The notes under the pieces are model-generated. The model was not told the origin of the DNA. It worked only from the letters and a program-made list of their open reading frames with translations, and ran no database searches. Positions 11,637 through 24,728 of a DNA stretch of 64,000 bases are shown piece after piece; the stretch's first letter is position 1; every line of letters begins with the position of its first letter. This stretch comes from Octopus sinensis (lineage: Eukaryota): contig NC_043008.1 of NCBI RefSeq assembly GCF_006345805.1, positions 15,934,001-15,998,000 on the forward strand. Reading direction: 5' to 3'. Position numbers and translations under genes: made by a program.

Positions 11637-13157
11637 TCACGGCGCAAACGGGAATCCGGATGGCCTCTGTGTAAGACAACCGAACACAGATAGGTGTTGC
11701 AAGGAGTGACCGGTGGAGCGGAAATGGCGTGAGACCGGTGTGTCGTTCGCAAGGTGAATGTCACGAAGGTGTTCCGCGAACCGGTCAGCCAAGCGGCGTC
11801 CCGTTTGTCCGATGTACAAGGAATTGCAGAGAGAGCAAGAGATGCAATAGATAATATTGCTGGAGGTGCAGGTGAAGGAGTGGATGATGGGATAGGGTCG
11901 ATGGTGGGTGCTAGTGAGGCGGGTGGTGTTGGAGAGGTAAGGGCAAGTGCGGCAACGTGGGCGGGAGCAGGGGAACGAGCCGGGTTCGGAGGTAGGGTCA
12001 GGGAAGGAGCTATGGACCCAAAGGTCTCGAAGGTTGTGGGCTCGTTTGAAAGAGGGGAGGGGTCGGTTAGGGAAGAGGTGTGAAGTGGACGGGTCGGACT
12101 GGAGATGACGGAAAGCTCGAAGAATGGTGCGTTGGAGACGTAGGGTCGTGGGGTGGTAAGTGAGGGGAAAAGGGAGGCGGGAGACTACAGGGCGGGTTCG
12201 GGGAGAGAGAGCAGATACACGGTCCACGGACCGTGCTCTGGCAAGGGCGGTGTGGATAGTGGTGAGGGGGTATCCACGTAGGGTGAAGTGGTGAGCCATA
12301 CTTTGAGAATGAGTCTCAAAGTCATGGTCGTCACTACAGAGCCTACGTAGACGGAGGAATTGGGAATAGGGGATGGAAAGCTTGGTGTGTTCTGGGTGGG
12401 AGGAAGAGAAGTTGAGGTATGAGTGTGAGTCTGTGTGTTTGTAGTGAATGGAGGTGGTAAGAGTGGAGTGAAGAATGCTAACCGAAATGTCGAGGAAGGA
12501 GACAGAGGTGTTGGAGATAGTGGAAGTGAAGTGGAGGGCTGGATGGAAAGATTGGACGAAAGAGAGGAAGGAATCTAGATGTTCGCGGGAGAGTGAGGTG
12601 GCACCGATAATGTCGTCAATATAACGACCATATAGTTCAGGAGTGGGACCAGTGAAATTAGAGAATATTTGGGCCTCAACATAGCCAACGAACAGGTTCG
12701 CATAGTTGGGGCCCATTCGCGTTCCCATGGCCACTCCCGAGAACTGATGGTAGAACTCGCCCGCGAACGAGAAGCAGTTCAGAGTAAGGACAAGTTCGGC
12801 CAGACGAATGAGTGTGGAGGTGTCAGGTACAGGGTTAGAGCGGAGGTCAAGAAAGTGTCGAAGGGCCTGCAGTCCTTCGTGGTGAGGGATAACAGTATAG
12901 AGGCTTTGGATGTCCATAGTAAAAAGGATTTTGGAGGAGCCGGGAGGAAAGGAGAAAGAGTTGAAAAGCCGGAGAGCATGGTTGGTATCGTGGATGTGGG
13001 AGGGAAGAGATGCCACTAGGGGGGCAAGGACACGGTCGAGGTATTTAGAGATGAGCTCCGTGGGGCAGTTACAGGCGGAGACGATGGGGCGGCCAGGGTT
13101 GTTGGGTTTGTGGATTTTGGGGAGGAAGTAAATGGTGGGGGTACGTGGGGTTCGCAC
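11637..13157 (-). CDS. PLE reverse transcriptase-GIY-YIG endonuclease polyprotein (partial, C-terminal frameshift)
   Basis: LPKIHKP..GRPIVS, MDIQSLYT, GVAMGTRMGPNYANLF, RYIDD, FLD, CSRPRCRTC linker and IIYCISC..C..LYIGQTGRRLADRFAEH. The frame stays open upstream to about 13280. The expected tail RREQELIF is in another frame (ORF 11291..11764). Confidence 0.95.
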   Translation of the reverse strand: MRTPRTPTIYFLPKIHKPNNPGRPIVSACNCPTELISKYLDRVLAPLVASLPSHIHDTNHALRLFNSFSFPPGSSKILFTMDIQSLYTVIPHHEGLQALRHFLDLRSNPVPDTSTLIRLAELVLTLNCFSFAGEFYHQFSGVAMGTRMGPNYANLFVGYVEAQIFSNFTGPTPELYGRYIDDIIGATSLSREHLDSFLSFVQSFHPALHFTSTISNTSVSFLDISVSILHSTLTTSIHYKHTDSHSYLNFSSSHPEHTKLSIPYSQFLRLRRLCSDDHDFETHSQSMAHHFTLRGYPLTTIHTALARARSVDRVSALSPRTRPVVSRLPFPLTYHPTTLRLQRTILRAFRHLQSDPSTSHLFPNRPLPSFKRAHNLRDLWVHSSFPDPTSEPGSFPCSRPRCRTCPYLSNTTRLTSTHHRPYPIIHSFTCTSSNIIYCISCSLCNSLYIGQTGRRLADRFAEHLRDIHLANDTPVSRHFRSTGHSLQHLSVFGCLTQRPSGFPFAP

Positions 13158-15467
13158 AATTAGGTTGGATGCGGTGCGGGGAAGACGGGAGGACGAGATG
13201 AGGTCTTGGACAGTAGAGGATACCGTCTGTTGGTAGCTACGTGTGGGGTTAGAGGGCAGAGGGGAATAGAAGGAGTTGGCGGAAAGCCTCGGCCCTATAG
13301 AGATATTACATAGGGCCTAAAAGTGCAGGATAAGAATTTTGCGAATTCTGATATTTACACTTTAATTCTATTATATTTTTGGGCATTAGAGGCTATGGAA
13401 TCCTTCGATAGTTAATCGAGACTCGTATCGGTTCGTTCCTACATTAAATTTTCTTGTCAATTACCACTCACCTCTGCATTATTTTACTAGCTGGAAATTG
13501 ATATAGTCTTGCACAATATGTCGATATCCTTTACCTGTAAATATTTTGAAGTGGCCTGTGAACAATAAAGATGAAATAGAATATGGGAAATGTCTTCCTT
13601 TTATTCAGTGAAGAATATGGAATGGTATGTGGGATTAAAGCGTGAACTGTCATAGTAAGAAACAGTTTAAAATAATGGTCTAGAACTGCCAGTCGAGAAT
13701 GCAATAAAATCGTGTGCAGTATTATTAATGAATATTTAGGGATTTAAAGCTTTGATACAATCACAGATATAGCTTGAACGAACTATTTCGAAAATATATT
13801 TTTACGGATATGAGATTATTGTCGTATTCTTATTTGCGAAAATGAATCGATTCAATTCTCATCTGAGATATAATGACATGTTTCAAACTTAGAATAAAGA
13901 ACTCGTTAGTTTAGACAGATAAATCAGAAATTTAATAGCCATCTATACAGAGAAAATGATTCCAAAGTGATATCACTTATATTTATATATATAGAATGAA
14001 TAGAGATCATGTAGGAATATAGGGAATAGTGCATTAACGTTTATAAGGAATCACATTAAACTATGCTTCTCTGAATAAGTATATTTCTATGCCGCAGCAT
14101 TGGAATTTATAATACAGTCTCAGAGAAAATAAACTGAAATGATTGCCCTTATTATTTCTCTGTTAGGTCTAAATCTTCACACTAGCTACAAAAGCGCGAA
14201 TGAAGTTAAGAATTAAATATCCTTTCACTTAGCATTATCTGTATATATAGATTTACACCGTGGTTTATGTATAATGGAAATTACTTTCTAAACGCTATTT
14301 TTGTTCCAAAGTTGGAAATTTTCGACGAAAGCTCTTGGAGAGAAAAATAATAATTTTCGGCGAGAATTTATTCCATTTAGCTACTTCACCAGCTTATTTA
14401 TTATACTTTACTTGTCAAAGGAAAATGGAATAATCGGTTAAAGGCAATGGTGGATTAAATTAATATGGTAATATATGTATGTTTTGGCTGTGTAGAAGAT
14501 TGGTACTTGTCTCCCTTGAACTAGAAATCGTTATCAACTACTATCTGACACAGGTAAGACAAATATTATATTTAGTTCTTACGATTTTATAATTACGAAT
14601 TTTGAATGATTATCATCTGCGTGTTATACATCATACACTTTGGCATAAATAAACTAATAAAAAAAATAACCTATCCTATTTATTAGAGTATCAATAAATT
14701 TGTCTCGGAATCCACTGTTTCCTTCTACAATGCTTGAAGGAAAATTAAATAAGGATACTTTTCCCAATTCAATTGCATAAATTTGTAACCTGGAGTACAT
14801 CAGGTTTTCAAATAGTTTTCAGTATTCCTTACTGAAGCGCCTTATTTCTCATGTTATTATTCAACTACAATATTTAAGCAACATTCTGTACATTCATAAT
14901 CAATAATCTATGAATATAAAGCAAATCTCATTGACATTTCAAGAAAAAATTCGCAAAGGTACTCACAGCTCTTAAAAGCACAATCCTCACACCGTTTGAA
15001 ATTGATTTTGTTCGACCTTGCATTATTAGATATGATGAAACCAAAACTTTAGTTATACATCATTGATTTTCACACAGATATAGATAACTTCAGAAAGTAA
15101 TGAAGTATCTACACTTGAGAATTAAAACTATAATATTTTAGGAAGCTTATACTTAGGAAGATTCTACTACAGTGTGTTCACATTAACAGTTTAACGTTTT
15201 ACTTTTAAATGTATATTATATATTTCATAACATCAACATTTCTATTGAAACAAAATATATTTGCCATCTTCCTGTAGTCTAAAATGCAAGAAAATGCTCC
15301 CTATAAGAAAATACTTCACCAAATAATGTTGTTTATGCAGCTAAAATACTAAGTAATTTAAATATTTTCAAAAACTAGTGAATTCAGCTATTGCCTTAAG
15401 GAGTGCAATTAAAACATCGCACCAAAAATTGATTTGATTTTTAGTTGTGTAATATATTTCTGCTTTC

Positions 15468-15523
<56 letters not shown>

Positions 15524-16777
15524 GAGAGAGAGAGAGAGAGAGATTCAGATGAATATGTACTTAAGTTGACGCAACAGAATTTAGTACTGTATTATCCATA
15601 CAATTTCAAAGTAAGGTGATTGAAATCAAAATAAGCAAGAAGCATATCCAGAGGTAATGCCCTACGATCGTTTCATGCAACTCCATGTGTTTGTGTGGGT
15701 GGGTGGGATATATGTTTTCAAAATTAGACTGGATCTTTTACTGTCAATTGTCACAGATGACCCAACTTCACAACATGAAATAGAAACTATTAAAGGATTA
15801 TGAATGAAAGTGTAACAACACTATTTAACGATGCTCCAGCGTGACCACACCCTTTGGCCTGAAGCGAATATATATGTATACAACACGCACACATACATAC
15901 AAACCACATACCACACATAATACATACATACTCACATGCAAACACACGCGCGCACATAGACATTCACTCACATATACATACATGTATTTATAATCTGTGT
16001 ACGCCACCAAAACTGTGGCTTCAAATTAAAAGTAATACTGTCGATGAGACGGTGTTATACATCATTGATGAACGTGTAATATGTTTTACAAATTTAATAG
16101 CAGATATTTCTAATATGTTTGTAAGTTGTATTCACATCTTCCGATTTATCTGTTATTTAAATAAGAAATTCATCCTTTCTTAAATATGTGTGTTCTTCTA
16201 GCAATGCTTATTAGATGCTCCATATTGAGTCTAAATTAACACGAACTATGTTATAGTAACCTGGTTTTTACAAGGTGTGAATGATGAAAACACACATATA
16301 CTGGTGCAGGAAACAATCTATGAAATGATTTGTAAGTTATATTTAGAATGAAGATGTGTTGCCGCTAGAGATAGCACACAAATCAAGGTTTTTTTCGCTA
16401 AATATTTGACCTTTAAGAATGAATCGATACATTTAGGCAGTTGGCAATCTTCTTCACCCAACGGACACAAGCATTATTCTTGTATTGTATTATCGAGGAC
16501 ATTAGAAACGATTCTCCGTGTTGCAGCCGGTAGGCTCCAATTCGAGTTGGTTGAAAATATTGTACAGTTTATGGCAGTTTGTTCAACAGATTCCGACAAT
16601 AAACACTAAACGCTTTACTGTAGTGGTTTTACAAGAATGTAGAATTTGGCATAATAGTATAGACATTTCCTTTCTTGGAGTTACTTGGTATTTTGTAAAG
16701 ATGGTGCATAATGTCGTTTCTCACTAATACACACACACATACACATAAAACAAGAACATGGTATATTTGATAAGCAC

Positions 16778-16820
<43 letters not shown>

Positions 16821-16821
16821 G

Positions 16822-16874
<53 letters not shown>

Positions 16875-16909
16875 TACATATATATGTATATATATATATA
16901 TATATATAC

Positions 16910-16959
<50 letters not shown>

Positions 16960-17000
16960 GTATATATATATGTATATATATATACCTACATCAATACATT

Positions 17001-17055
<55 letters not shown>

Positions 17056-17224
17056 GTAACCTGGTTATAAACATGTATATTTTACGTAAATGAATATAAT
17101 CACAAAGCCCGTTAGATGCAGTGTTCTGTTTTGCTTTGAATTAATACATGATATTTTCTATATAATGCTTCTAGTGAAGTTTTTGTATATACAGGTGTTT
17201 CAGACTTGTAAAACCTTATGTATG

Positions 17225-18082
17225 CATAGAGGGGTGGGGGACACAAAAGAAACCAGAATTTTGCAATATTATATTATTCACTTAGTTTTACATGTTTACA
17301 CTCTTATCGACTTCAAAGTATTTTCCATTTGAAGCAATGCATCAGTACCAGACGTGTTTTCCTCTGTTCGAAGCAGCCCTTGAACTCTTGCGAAGTGATG
17401 CTTTTTAACGGTCTGACGTTATTTTCATTCTCTTTTCCAAATCTGCAAAAAGTTCTCCTTTAATGACATTTTTCAATCGAAGGAACAAAAGTAAAAGTGG
17501 CAGGAAGCAAGATCAGTGAAGTGGGGATGTGGATAAGCAGGGTCATGCTATTTTTGTTTTCAAAAACTTTCTCACACTTCCCTACGTGAGCGAGGTACGA
17601 ATTTTGCTGTAACTCTGTTCATTCGCAATTCCACGTTCAAAAATCTTTGACAGGAACTCTAGGACACGCCAGTCATATCAACAAGTTTTCATCAAACGCC
17701 CTGTTCGAGGTTGGACATCAAGCACCAAGTAACTATTCCTAAATATGTGAAAACCAGATGTAAACGTGTGTTTGCTCGTCGAACGACACTTGTAAGTTGG
17801 CGGTTTGAAACATGACAACTGTTTCAGCTGCAGTTTTCTCCAGCAGAAAGTAGAACTGCACGCAAGATCGCTGTTCCTTCGTTTCAGCAATCGCAAACAA
17901 TCAACGAACAGGAAAGAAGCACTGCAAAGTAAAGACGCACCACGTTGCAGTGTGACCCTACCGGATGCTCAAAGTCGGCAGACAGACGACCGAGGGTTGC
18001 ATGGAGTGTCTTCTAGCAGTGGAAGCCTGAACTACGACGGGTTACTCCACAGAGAACGTTTGGGTTACTTTTGACTACCTAT
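17225..18082 (-). mobile_element. Internally deleted, degenerate mariner element
   Basis: Minus strand N-terminus KEQRSCVQFYFLLEKTAAETVVM (about 17810-17885) and PHPHFTDLASC (HPPYSPDLAP-like, about 17500-17532). Terminal inverted similarity is weak. Confidence 0.75.
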
Positions 18083-18089
18083 ATGTGTG

Positions 18090-18149
<60 letters not shown>

Positions 18150-19240
18150 TACATGTACATGCGTACATATACATGTATATATGCAAGCATGTATGGATAC
18201 AGGGCGTCAAATTGAGAAATTAGACAGGCAGCATAAAGGGCATTCCCTTCGTCAGTTGTCCCCTAGTGTGTGTGTGTGTTTTGCGTGTGTATATATACTA
18301 TTGTGTTTGTATATATACTAGCTAATAGCTAATACATATGCCATGTTCCATATGATATACTCTGCAACTGCAACATTTGGTGTGATATCTATGTAAATGT
18401 GTCTACATTGAATATATCTGATATCATTGTATATATTCTTCGTGCAAAATTCGGTTATGTGTGTTTCGTCTACGTCATACTTTATGGTCGAATTTTATTG
18501 ATGTAATATATTCAAACGAGAGAAATGCTTGGGCATAAACATATAAAAAACAATACTAACAATATGTTAATGCAATAAAAATGAGAAACAAACGCATACC
18601 ATACATTGCACAATAAACAATGCCTATAAATAGACATAATTCTAAAAACTAGATAATACGGCTATTCTTTGAAGAATTGAGATTTGAAATAACTTTTTTA
18701 CATTGATCTGCTTGTGATAAAAGAAAAATAACGAGTTATTCAAATTCTATGCTGTATACCATAGCACAAATTCATGGTTATCTGAGGTTACTTCGTAATC
18801 AATTTGCATGCAAAATACATTCTAGCAGAAAGCTAACTGTTAATTTATTCTGAGTCACTTCTTACACCATCATGTTCATGATCAATACATACTTAACTAA
18901 AGTGGTAAGTTAACCTAGTGAACATGTTCTGGTGGAATTGAAATGTACTAAATATATCAGACATGCTTTCTTTGTAAGAATGCTTGCACCATAGAAATAA
19001 TATTGCTTCATACGGAGGATCAATCTTCCAGGCTACATAACCGTCCAGTTAGATCATATATTATAAATGGATACAGACCTGGCATGATCAAAACTGTAAT
19101 GGTACTTCGGCTTTTCTTCTCAGAGATGATATAATTCTGCCTCCTCACCTTCTAGCCTCATCCTTTCCAGTCACCTTATTTTCTTCTTTCTCCATCATCC
19201 TTTCATTTTCTTTCTTATACTTTTTCACCTACCAATTCTT

Positions 19241-19443
19241 ATTTCTTTATTGCCCATAAGTGACTAAACATAGAGGGGACAAACAAGGACAGACAAAGGA
19301 ATTAAATCCATTTAATCGACCCCAGTGCGTAACTAGTACTTAATCTATCGACCCCGAAAGGAGTAAAGGCAAAGTCCACCACGGCGAAATTCCAGAACGT
19401 AACGACAGACGAAATACTGCTAAGCATTTCCCCGGCGTGCTAA
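19241..19443 (-). mobile_element. SINE family B copy
   Basis: Homologous to 8608-8839. Confidence 0.8.
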
Positions 19444-21414
19444 CTAAATTTTTTCGATAAAGTTTTCAGAAACAACCCGATAATTTTACCGTTAATTCCA
19501 AGAAACATTCATGGGTCCTTCTTATATGAACATATGAGCTTTAAAATTGGCAGAATAATTAAAACACTAAAGGGTTAAAAGTTGAATAGTTGGTTAAAAG
19601 ATGGATGAGATTCATATTCATGGTTTACCTGTATGCGCTCAACCGGTTTTCTATTTTGATTGGCATCTCAGCCAGGATGAGGGTTATCTCCCATCACGTT
19701 ATCTCCGTGACAGAATATCAAATTCTACATTACCTCAACTAACCCCTAAACCGCAGCTGAAGAATAGGTACACATATGGTGGACTCTTTTGCTAGAGACA
19801 AGAGATGAAGGTACAGCAACTTCTTGGTGAACAACCCGTGATCAATGCTTTAAAAAAGGCCCATTTTCAATCCGTTTATAAAGCAAATCGCAGATGGAAA
19901 TGCGATCCAAAAGGATCCCATATGTAAGTGCATTTTACGTGTGTTGTATATTAGGGATATAATAAAATGAGAAATTATTGACTTTTTCTTAGAAATGGTG
20001 TTCCGTAATGTTATATTTATACGTGATTGATTCAAACAGAAAAAAACCCAAAAAGAATCACCTACAAAAGCAAACAAGTAGAAACGAAACACTCTCAAAA
20101 GTATTTATGTTGAACGCAGAGAAATAAATTCTAATTTACTAATATTTTACTATTAATGTTATGTTTTATATATTCAAGTGTTTTTAAATGCAAAATCTCA
20201 CACGAGGAAAACAGTTTATTTAATGCTAGGAGGCATAATCCCTCGAAAATTTAGCTACATATTTAAATTTTATATATTCCTGCGCCTCACCATAAACTGC
20301 GACGTTCATTCTCTTCATTTGTGTGAAAAAAGAGATTTATTTCCAACTTTTAACAGGCAAGTCATGGAAATTCATTATTTAAATAAATACGCGAAGATTT
20401 ATTCAACATCTTTCGTATAACTATGTCTTTTCCTACAACAGGAAATTAAAAATCCAAAACTTAAATATTTTATGAGTTTTGGTTTAGAAAAATACCAATT
20501 ATTAATACTTTAGTCTAAATAATTTATTCATATCCGCGTATATTCTATTTTATTCTATTTTAGTTATATGCTCACATCTTTTTAAAACACACTACATGAA
20601 TTGAGAAGAAATTGAGAAAGGAAATAGCAGGAATCACAATGTAAAAAACAAAACAAATCAAAAAACATATAAACATAAAATGTACGTATTTGTTCAATCT
20701 ACTGATGTATCTGAATAGCTTTCTTAGGCATTTAGGGGAATCTAATTAATCCAAATCTAGAAAGATGGTATGATATTCCTTTTGCTTTATAGATCATTTT
20801 ATTTCTTATTTTCATTTTACTATTAATTTCAGATATAACATGATAGCATCTTGTAGATGGCAATGCATTATTTTCCATTTAAATGTAGATTTTCATTCGG
20901 TTAGCATTACTCTGTAGGAAAGTCTAAATTAAATTTATGCTTTCAATTAAATTAATACTTTTGAGTATCCCTAATAATTTGAAAATATTGAATCTATAAA
21001 TGGTGCATTCATTTAATTAATTCAGTCTTGTGATATCTTACACCTTTATTCAATACAGAAACTAGATGTGGTGTATCGCAATACTTATGCGAATACCGCT
21101 GTAGGAAAAGATATTCCTTTTAACCAAAATATATATTTGTGATTAATACCTATGTCTTTTAGTTTTTTGGGATAGTAGATTGGCAGAAGCCTTACAGTGC
21201 CGGAAAAAGAGGCTTTGCACTAATTGTTTTGGATTTTTATGTTTTGAGTTCAAGTTTAGCCAAGTTCAAATTTACTTTTCATTTTTTTGGGTCGATGAAA
21301 AAAGATCAGTCAAGATGATATCTCCATACTCAATTGCTATTTCCGTGTCTAAATATGGAATGGAGTAAGGCGGATGTAAATTTAACGTCATCACCATCAG
21401 TTTAACATCAAGCG

Positions 21415-21760
21415 CAGTCATGGCTGTGTGAAACGAAATTGCTCCTCAAAGACACACACAATCATATATATATATATGTATATATGTGTGTGTGTGTATC
21501 TCTATATCTATATATGAGTGTGCGTGTGTGCTTGCGTGCCTATCTGCGTCTGTGTACCTTTGTGTCTGTGTTTGTTCCTCATCGCCGCTTGACAATCGGT
21601 GTAGGTTTGTTTATGTCCCCGTAACTTAGCGGTTCAGTAAATAAGAACAGTAGAATAAGTAGTACCGGGATTAAAAGAAAATAAGTCCTACCCTTGATAT
21701 GTTCGACGGAAATCATTTAAGGAGGTGCTCCAGTATGACCGCACTCAATTGGCTGAAAAA
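21415..21760 (+). mobile_element. Degenerate SINE family A-related copy
   Basis: cgcttgacaatcggtgtaggtttgtttatgtccccgtaacttagcggttc...aggtgctccagtatgaccgca. Confidence 0.7.
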
Positions 21761-21855
21761 AAATGGAACAGTGATCCCTGATATTATTTCGTTCTGTTCT
21801 TCTAACTACTGATTTGATATATTCTAGTTTCACAGATTAAATTCCTGATAATATA

Positions 21856-22018
21856 GGTGTAGGAGTGGCTGTGTGGTAAGTAGCTTGTTTACGAACCACA
21901 TTGTTCTGGGTTGAGTGCCACTGCGTGGCACCTTGGGAAACTGTCTTCTACGATAGCCTCGGGTAGACCAAAGCCTTGTGAGCGGATTTTGCAGACGAAG
22001 ACTGGAGGAACCCCGTCG
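21856..22018 (+). mobile_element. 5' half of SINE family A
   Basis: tRNA-like head and body, ending at the internal (TA)n where a second copy begins. Confidence 0.85.
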
Positions 22019-22026
22019 TATATATG

Positions 22027-22087
<61 letters not shown>

Positions 22088-22104
22088 ATATATATATATA
22101 TATA

Positions 22105-22512
22105 GGCGCAGGAGTGGCTGTGTGGTAAGTAGCTTGCTAACCAACCACATGGCTCCGGGTTCAGTTCCACTGCGTGGCATCTTGGGCGAGTGTCTTCTGC
22201 TATAGCCCTGGACCGACCAATGCCTTGTGAGTGGATTTGGTAGACGGAAACTGAAAGAAGCCTGTCGTATATATGTATATATATATATATGTGTGTGTGT
22301 ATGTGTGTTTGTCCCCCTAGCATTGCTTGACAACCGATGCTGGTGTGTTTACGTCCCCGTCACTTAGCGGATCGGCAAAAGAGCCCGATAGAATAAGCAC
22401 TGGGCTTACAAAGAATAAGTCCCGGGGTCGATTTGCACGAATAAAGACGGTGCTCCAGCATGGCCGCAGTCAAATCACTGAAACAAGTAAAAGATAAAAG
22501 AAAAGATAAAAG
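22105..22512 (+). mobile_element. Full-length SINE family A
   Basis: ggcgcaggagtggctgtgtggtaag head through to the (taaaaga)n tail. Confidence 0.9.
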
Positions 22513-22694
22513 ATATATATAGATAGATAGATATTTGTGTGTGGGTGTGTATGTGTGTGTGTGTGAATGTGTGTTTGTTTGTCTGTGTTTATCTCCTCGT
22601 AACTTGGTGGTTCGGCAAATCAGGCCGATAGAATAAGTACTACCAGGGGTCGATTTGCTAGATTAAACTCAACTACTCTCCCAAACGAGAATAC

Positions 22695-22928
22695 TAAAAT
22701 TGAACTCGTTCTCGCTCAAACATTAAGTTAAAAAATCGGAAAAAATAATCCAGAATTCTCGTTCGGTACTGGATCGATGGCAAAATCTAATCAGTTCACG
22801 GGGCCAAACATCTCAGAAAGTTACATCCGAATATATCCAGGGGTTCTTCAGATATATTTTCCATGGACAAATTAATAAGCAGACATGACTGAAAACAATA
22901 CTTCAGCCTTCGCTAAGGCGGAAGTAAT
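22695..22928 (-). mobile_element. Putative Helentron-associated (HINE/DINE-like) non-autonomous element fragment
   Basis: Minus strand begins ttattacttccgccttagcgaaggctgaagtattgttttcag (terminal palindrome), followed by gattagattttg/tggattatt segments. Confidence 0.45.
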
Positions 22929-23232
22929 AATAACAACAACAACAAAAATAGTAATAATAATAATGATAATAATAATATTAAATTTTACCACATGGTTCAA
23001 CATTTTGGAGGACGAGGAGATGAGTCGATTATATAGACCCCGAATCGATGAAAGGCAAAGTCGGCTTCGGGGGAATGTGAACTAAGAACGTAGCGGCAAA
23101 AAAATATCGCTAAGCGTTTCGCCCGGCGTGCTAATGACTGTGCCTCGCACAACATAAGCTCTGCAATCTTGGAGATTAAAGTGAGCGGTTCATAGGGATA
23201 AATGGTGAGTTAAAACGCCCAAGTGCCACCCA

Positions 23233-23290
<58 letters not shown>

Positions 23291-23362
23291 CTTTGATACT
23301 TACTTTGATAGGTTTCGGCCATTATTGGCCCAGGCCATGTCTAACTTAATAGCACCACCTGG

Positions 23363-23393
<31 letters not shown>

Positions 23394-23437
23394 TATATAT
23401 ATATGTATATATATATGTGTGTGTGTGTATGTATATA

Positions 23438-23501
<64 letters not shown>

Positions 23502-23790
23502 ATACATATATGTATATACATATGTACATCCTCTTCACAAATGTTTGTGTAAGCGCGAGCCCGTATGTGTATGGCTGTATGTGAAAGTATTTCAGTGAAT
23601 ATTTTGCCTAAAAATTAATGCAACCATGACAGTGAGAATAGGCTACTTATTGTTATATATAAAGTTAAACCATACTCATTGTATTCTGAAATTAATCAAT
23701 TTGAATTTTAATTGATAATTCTTATACGGTAAATCTGAAGCATGAAACTTCGATAAGCCTTTTAGTCTTGGGAGTGTCGTTACGCCTATA

Positions 23791-23791
23791 G

Positions 23792-23868
<77 letters not shown>

Positions 23869-23955
23869 AATAATAATAATAAAATAATAATAATAATAAT
23901 AATAACAATAATAATAATAATAATAATGATGATGATGATGATAATAATAATAATG

Positions 23956-23986
<31 letters not shown>

Positions 23987-24068
23987 TAACAATAATAATA
24001 ATAATAATAATAATAATGATAATAATATTAATATTAATAATAATAATAATAATAATAATAACAATAAC

Positions 24069-24103
<35 letters not shown>

Positions 24104-24116
24104 TAATAATATTAAT

Positions 24117-24169
<53 letters not shown>

Positions 24170-24231
24170 TAACAATAATAATAATAATAATAATAATAAT
24201 GACAATAATATTAATAATAATAATAATAATA

Positions 24232-24281
<50 letters not shown>
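23791..24281 (+). repeat. Compound (TGA)n/(TAA)n microsatellite of about 490 bp
   Basis: Direct reading, with recurring variant units taacaataac and attaatatta. Confidence 0.95.
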
Positions 24282-24284
<3 letters not shown>

Positions 24285-24426
24285 CATGCACAGACTCAAT
24301 TCCACTTCTTTAATGTTAGTAAATTGGCTTCAGTGATCCGTAACTCCCAAATTTTGCAACAGAATAATTTCACATCAAGAAAGTTGCAAAGAAATTAAAA
24401 GACCTATATATATATGAGAGGCAGAT

Positions 24427-24474
<48 letters not shown>

Positions 24475-24544
24475 GGGGGGAAGAGGGGCAAAGTAGATAA
24501 ATATCAAAGGAGGCACAAGCATTGTTAAAATGTAAAGATATTGT

Positions 24545-24728
24545 CTGGCCGAAACGGTAGCACACCAGGCGAAATGGCTAGAGTTAAAGCGTCTGTCTTT
24601 ACGCCGATTTTGATTTTGCTTTAGCTCCTTGCGAGGTCGATTCATTAGGTATCAGTTGTGTACTGGAGTCGGCCTAATCAATCGACCCCTCCCAAAATAT
24701 TTCAGGCCTTGTGCCTAATGTTGAAAAG
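24545..24728 (+). mobile_element. Degenerate SINE family B-related copy
   Basis: ctggccgaaacggtagcacaccaggcgaaatg head and tttcaggccttgtgccta tail. The reverse tail is also seen at 8385-8415. Confidence 0.6.

Larger units (their letters stand above)
10621..13290 (-). mobile_element. Penelope-like retroelement (Neptune-like), 5'-truncated, 3' end abutting (TA)n
   Basis: RT plus GIY-YIG ORF, low-complexity 3' UTR and a terminal segment with a hammerhead-like motif. The terminal segment recurs at about 38.1 kb and 59.0 kb. Confidence 0.92.

Noticed and set aside
11754-13131. Plus-strand ORFs overlapping the PLE ORF
   Set aside because: They are antisense shadows of a compositionally skewed coding strand, with no motifs.
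23291-23362. Insert between (TA)n tracts with ggcc...ggccGAAAC on the minus strand
   Set aside because: No recognisable CUGANGA or U3A8 core, and too short to call.
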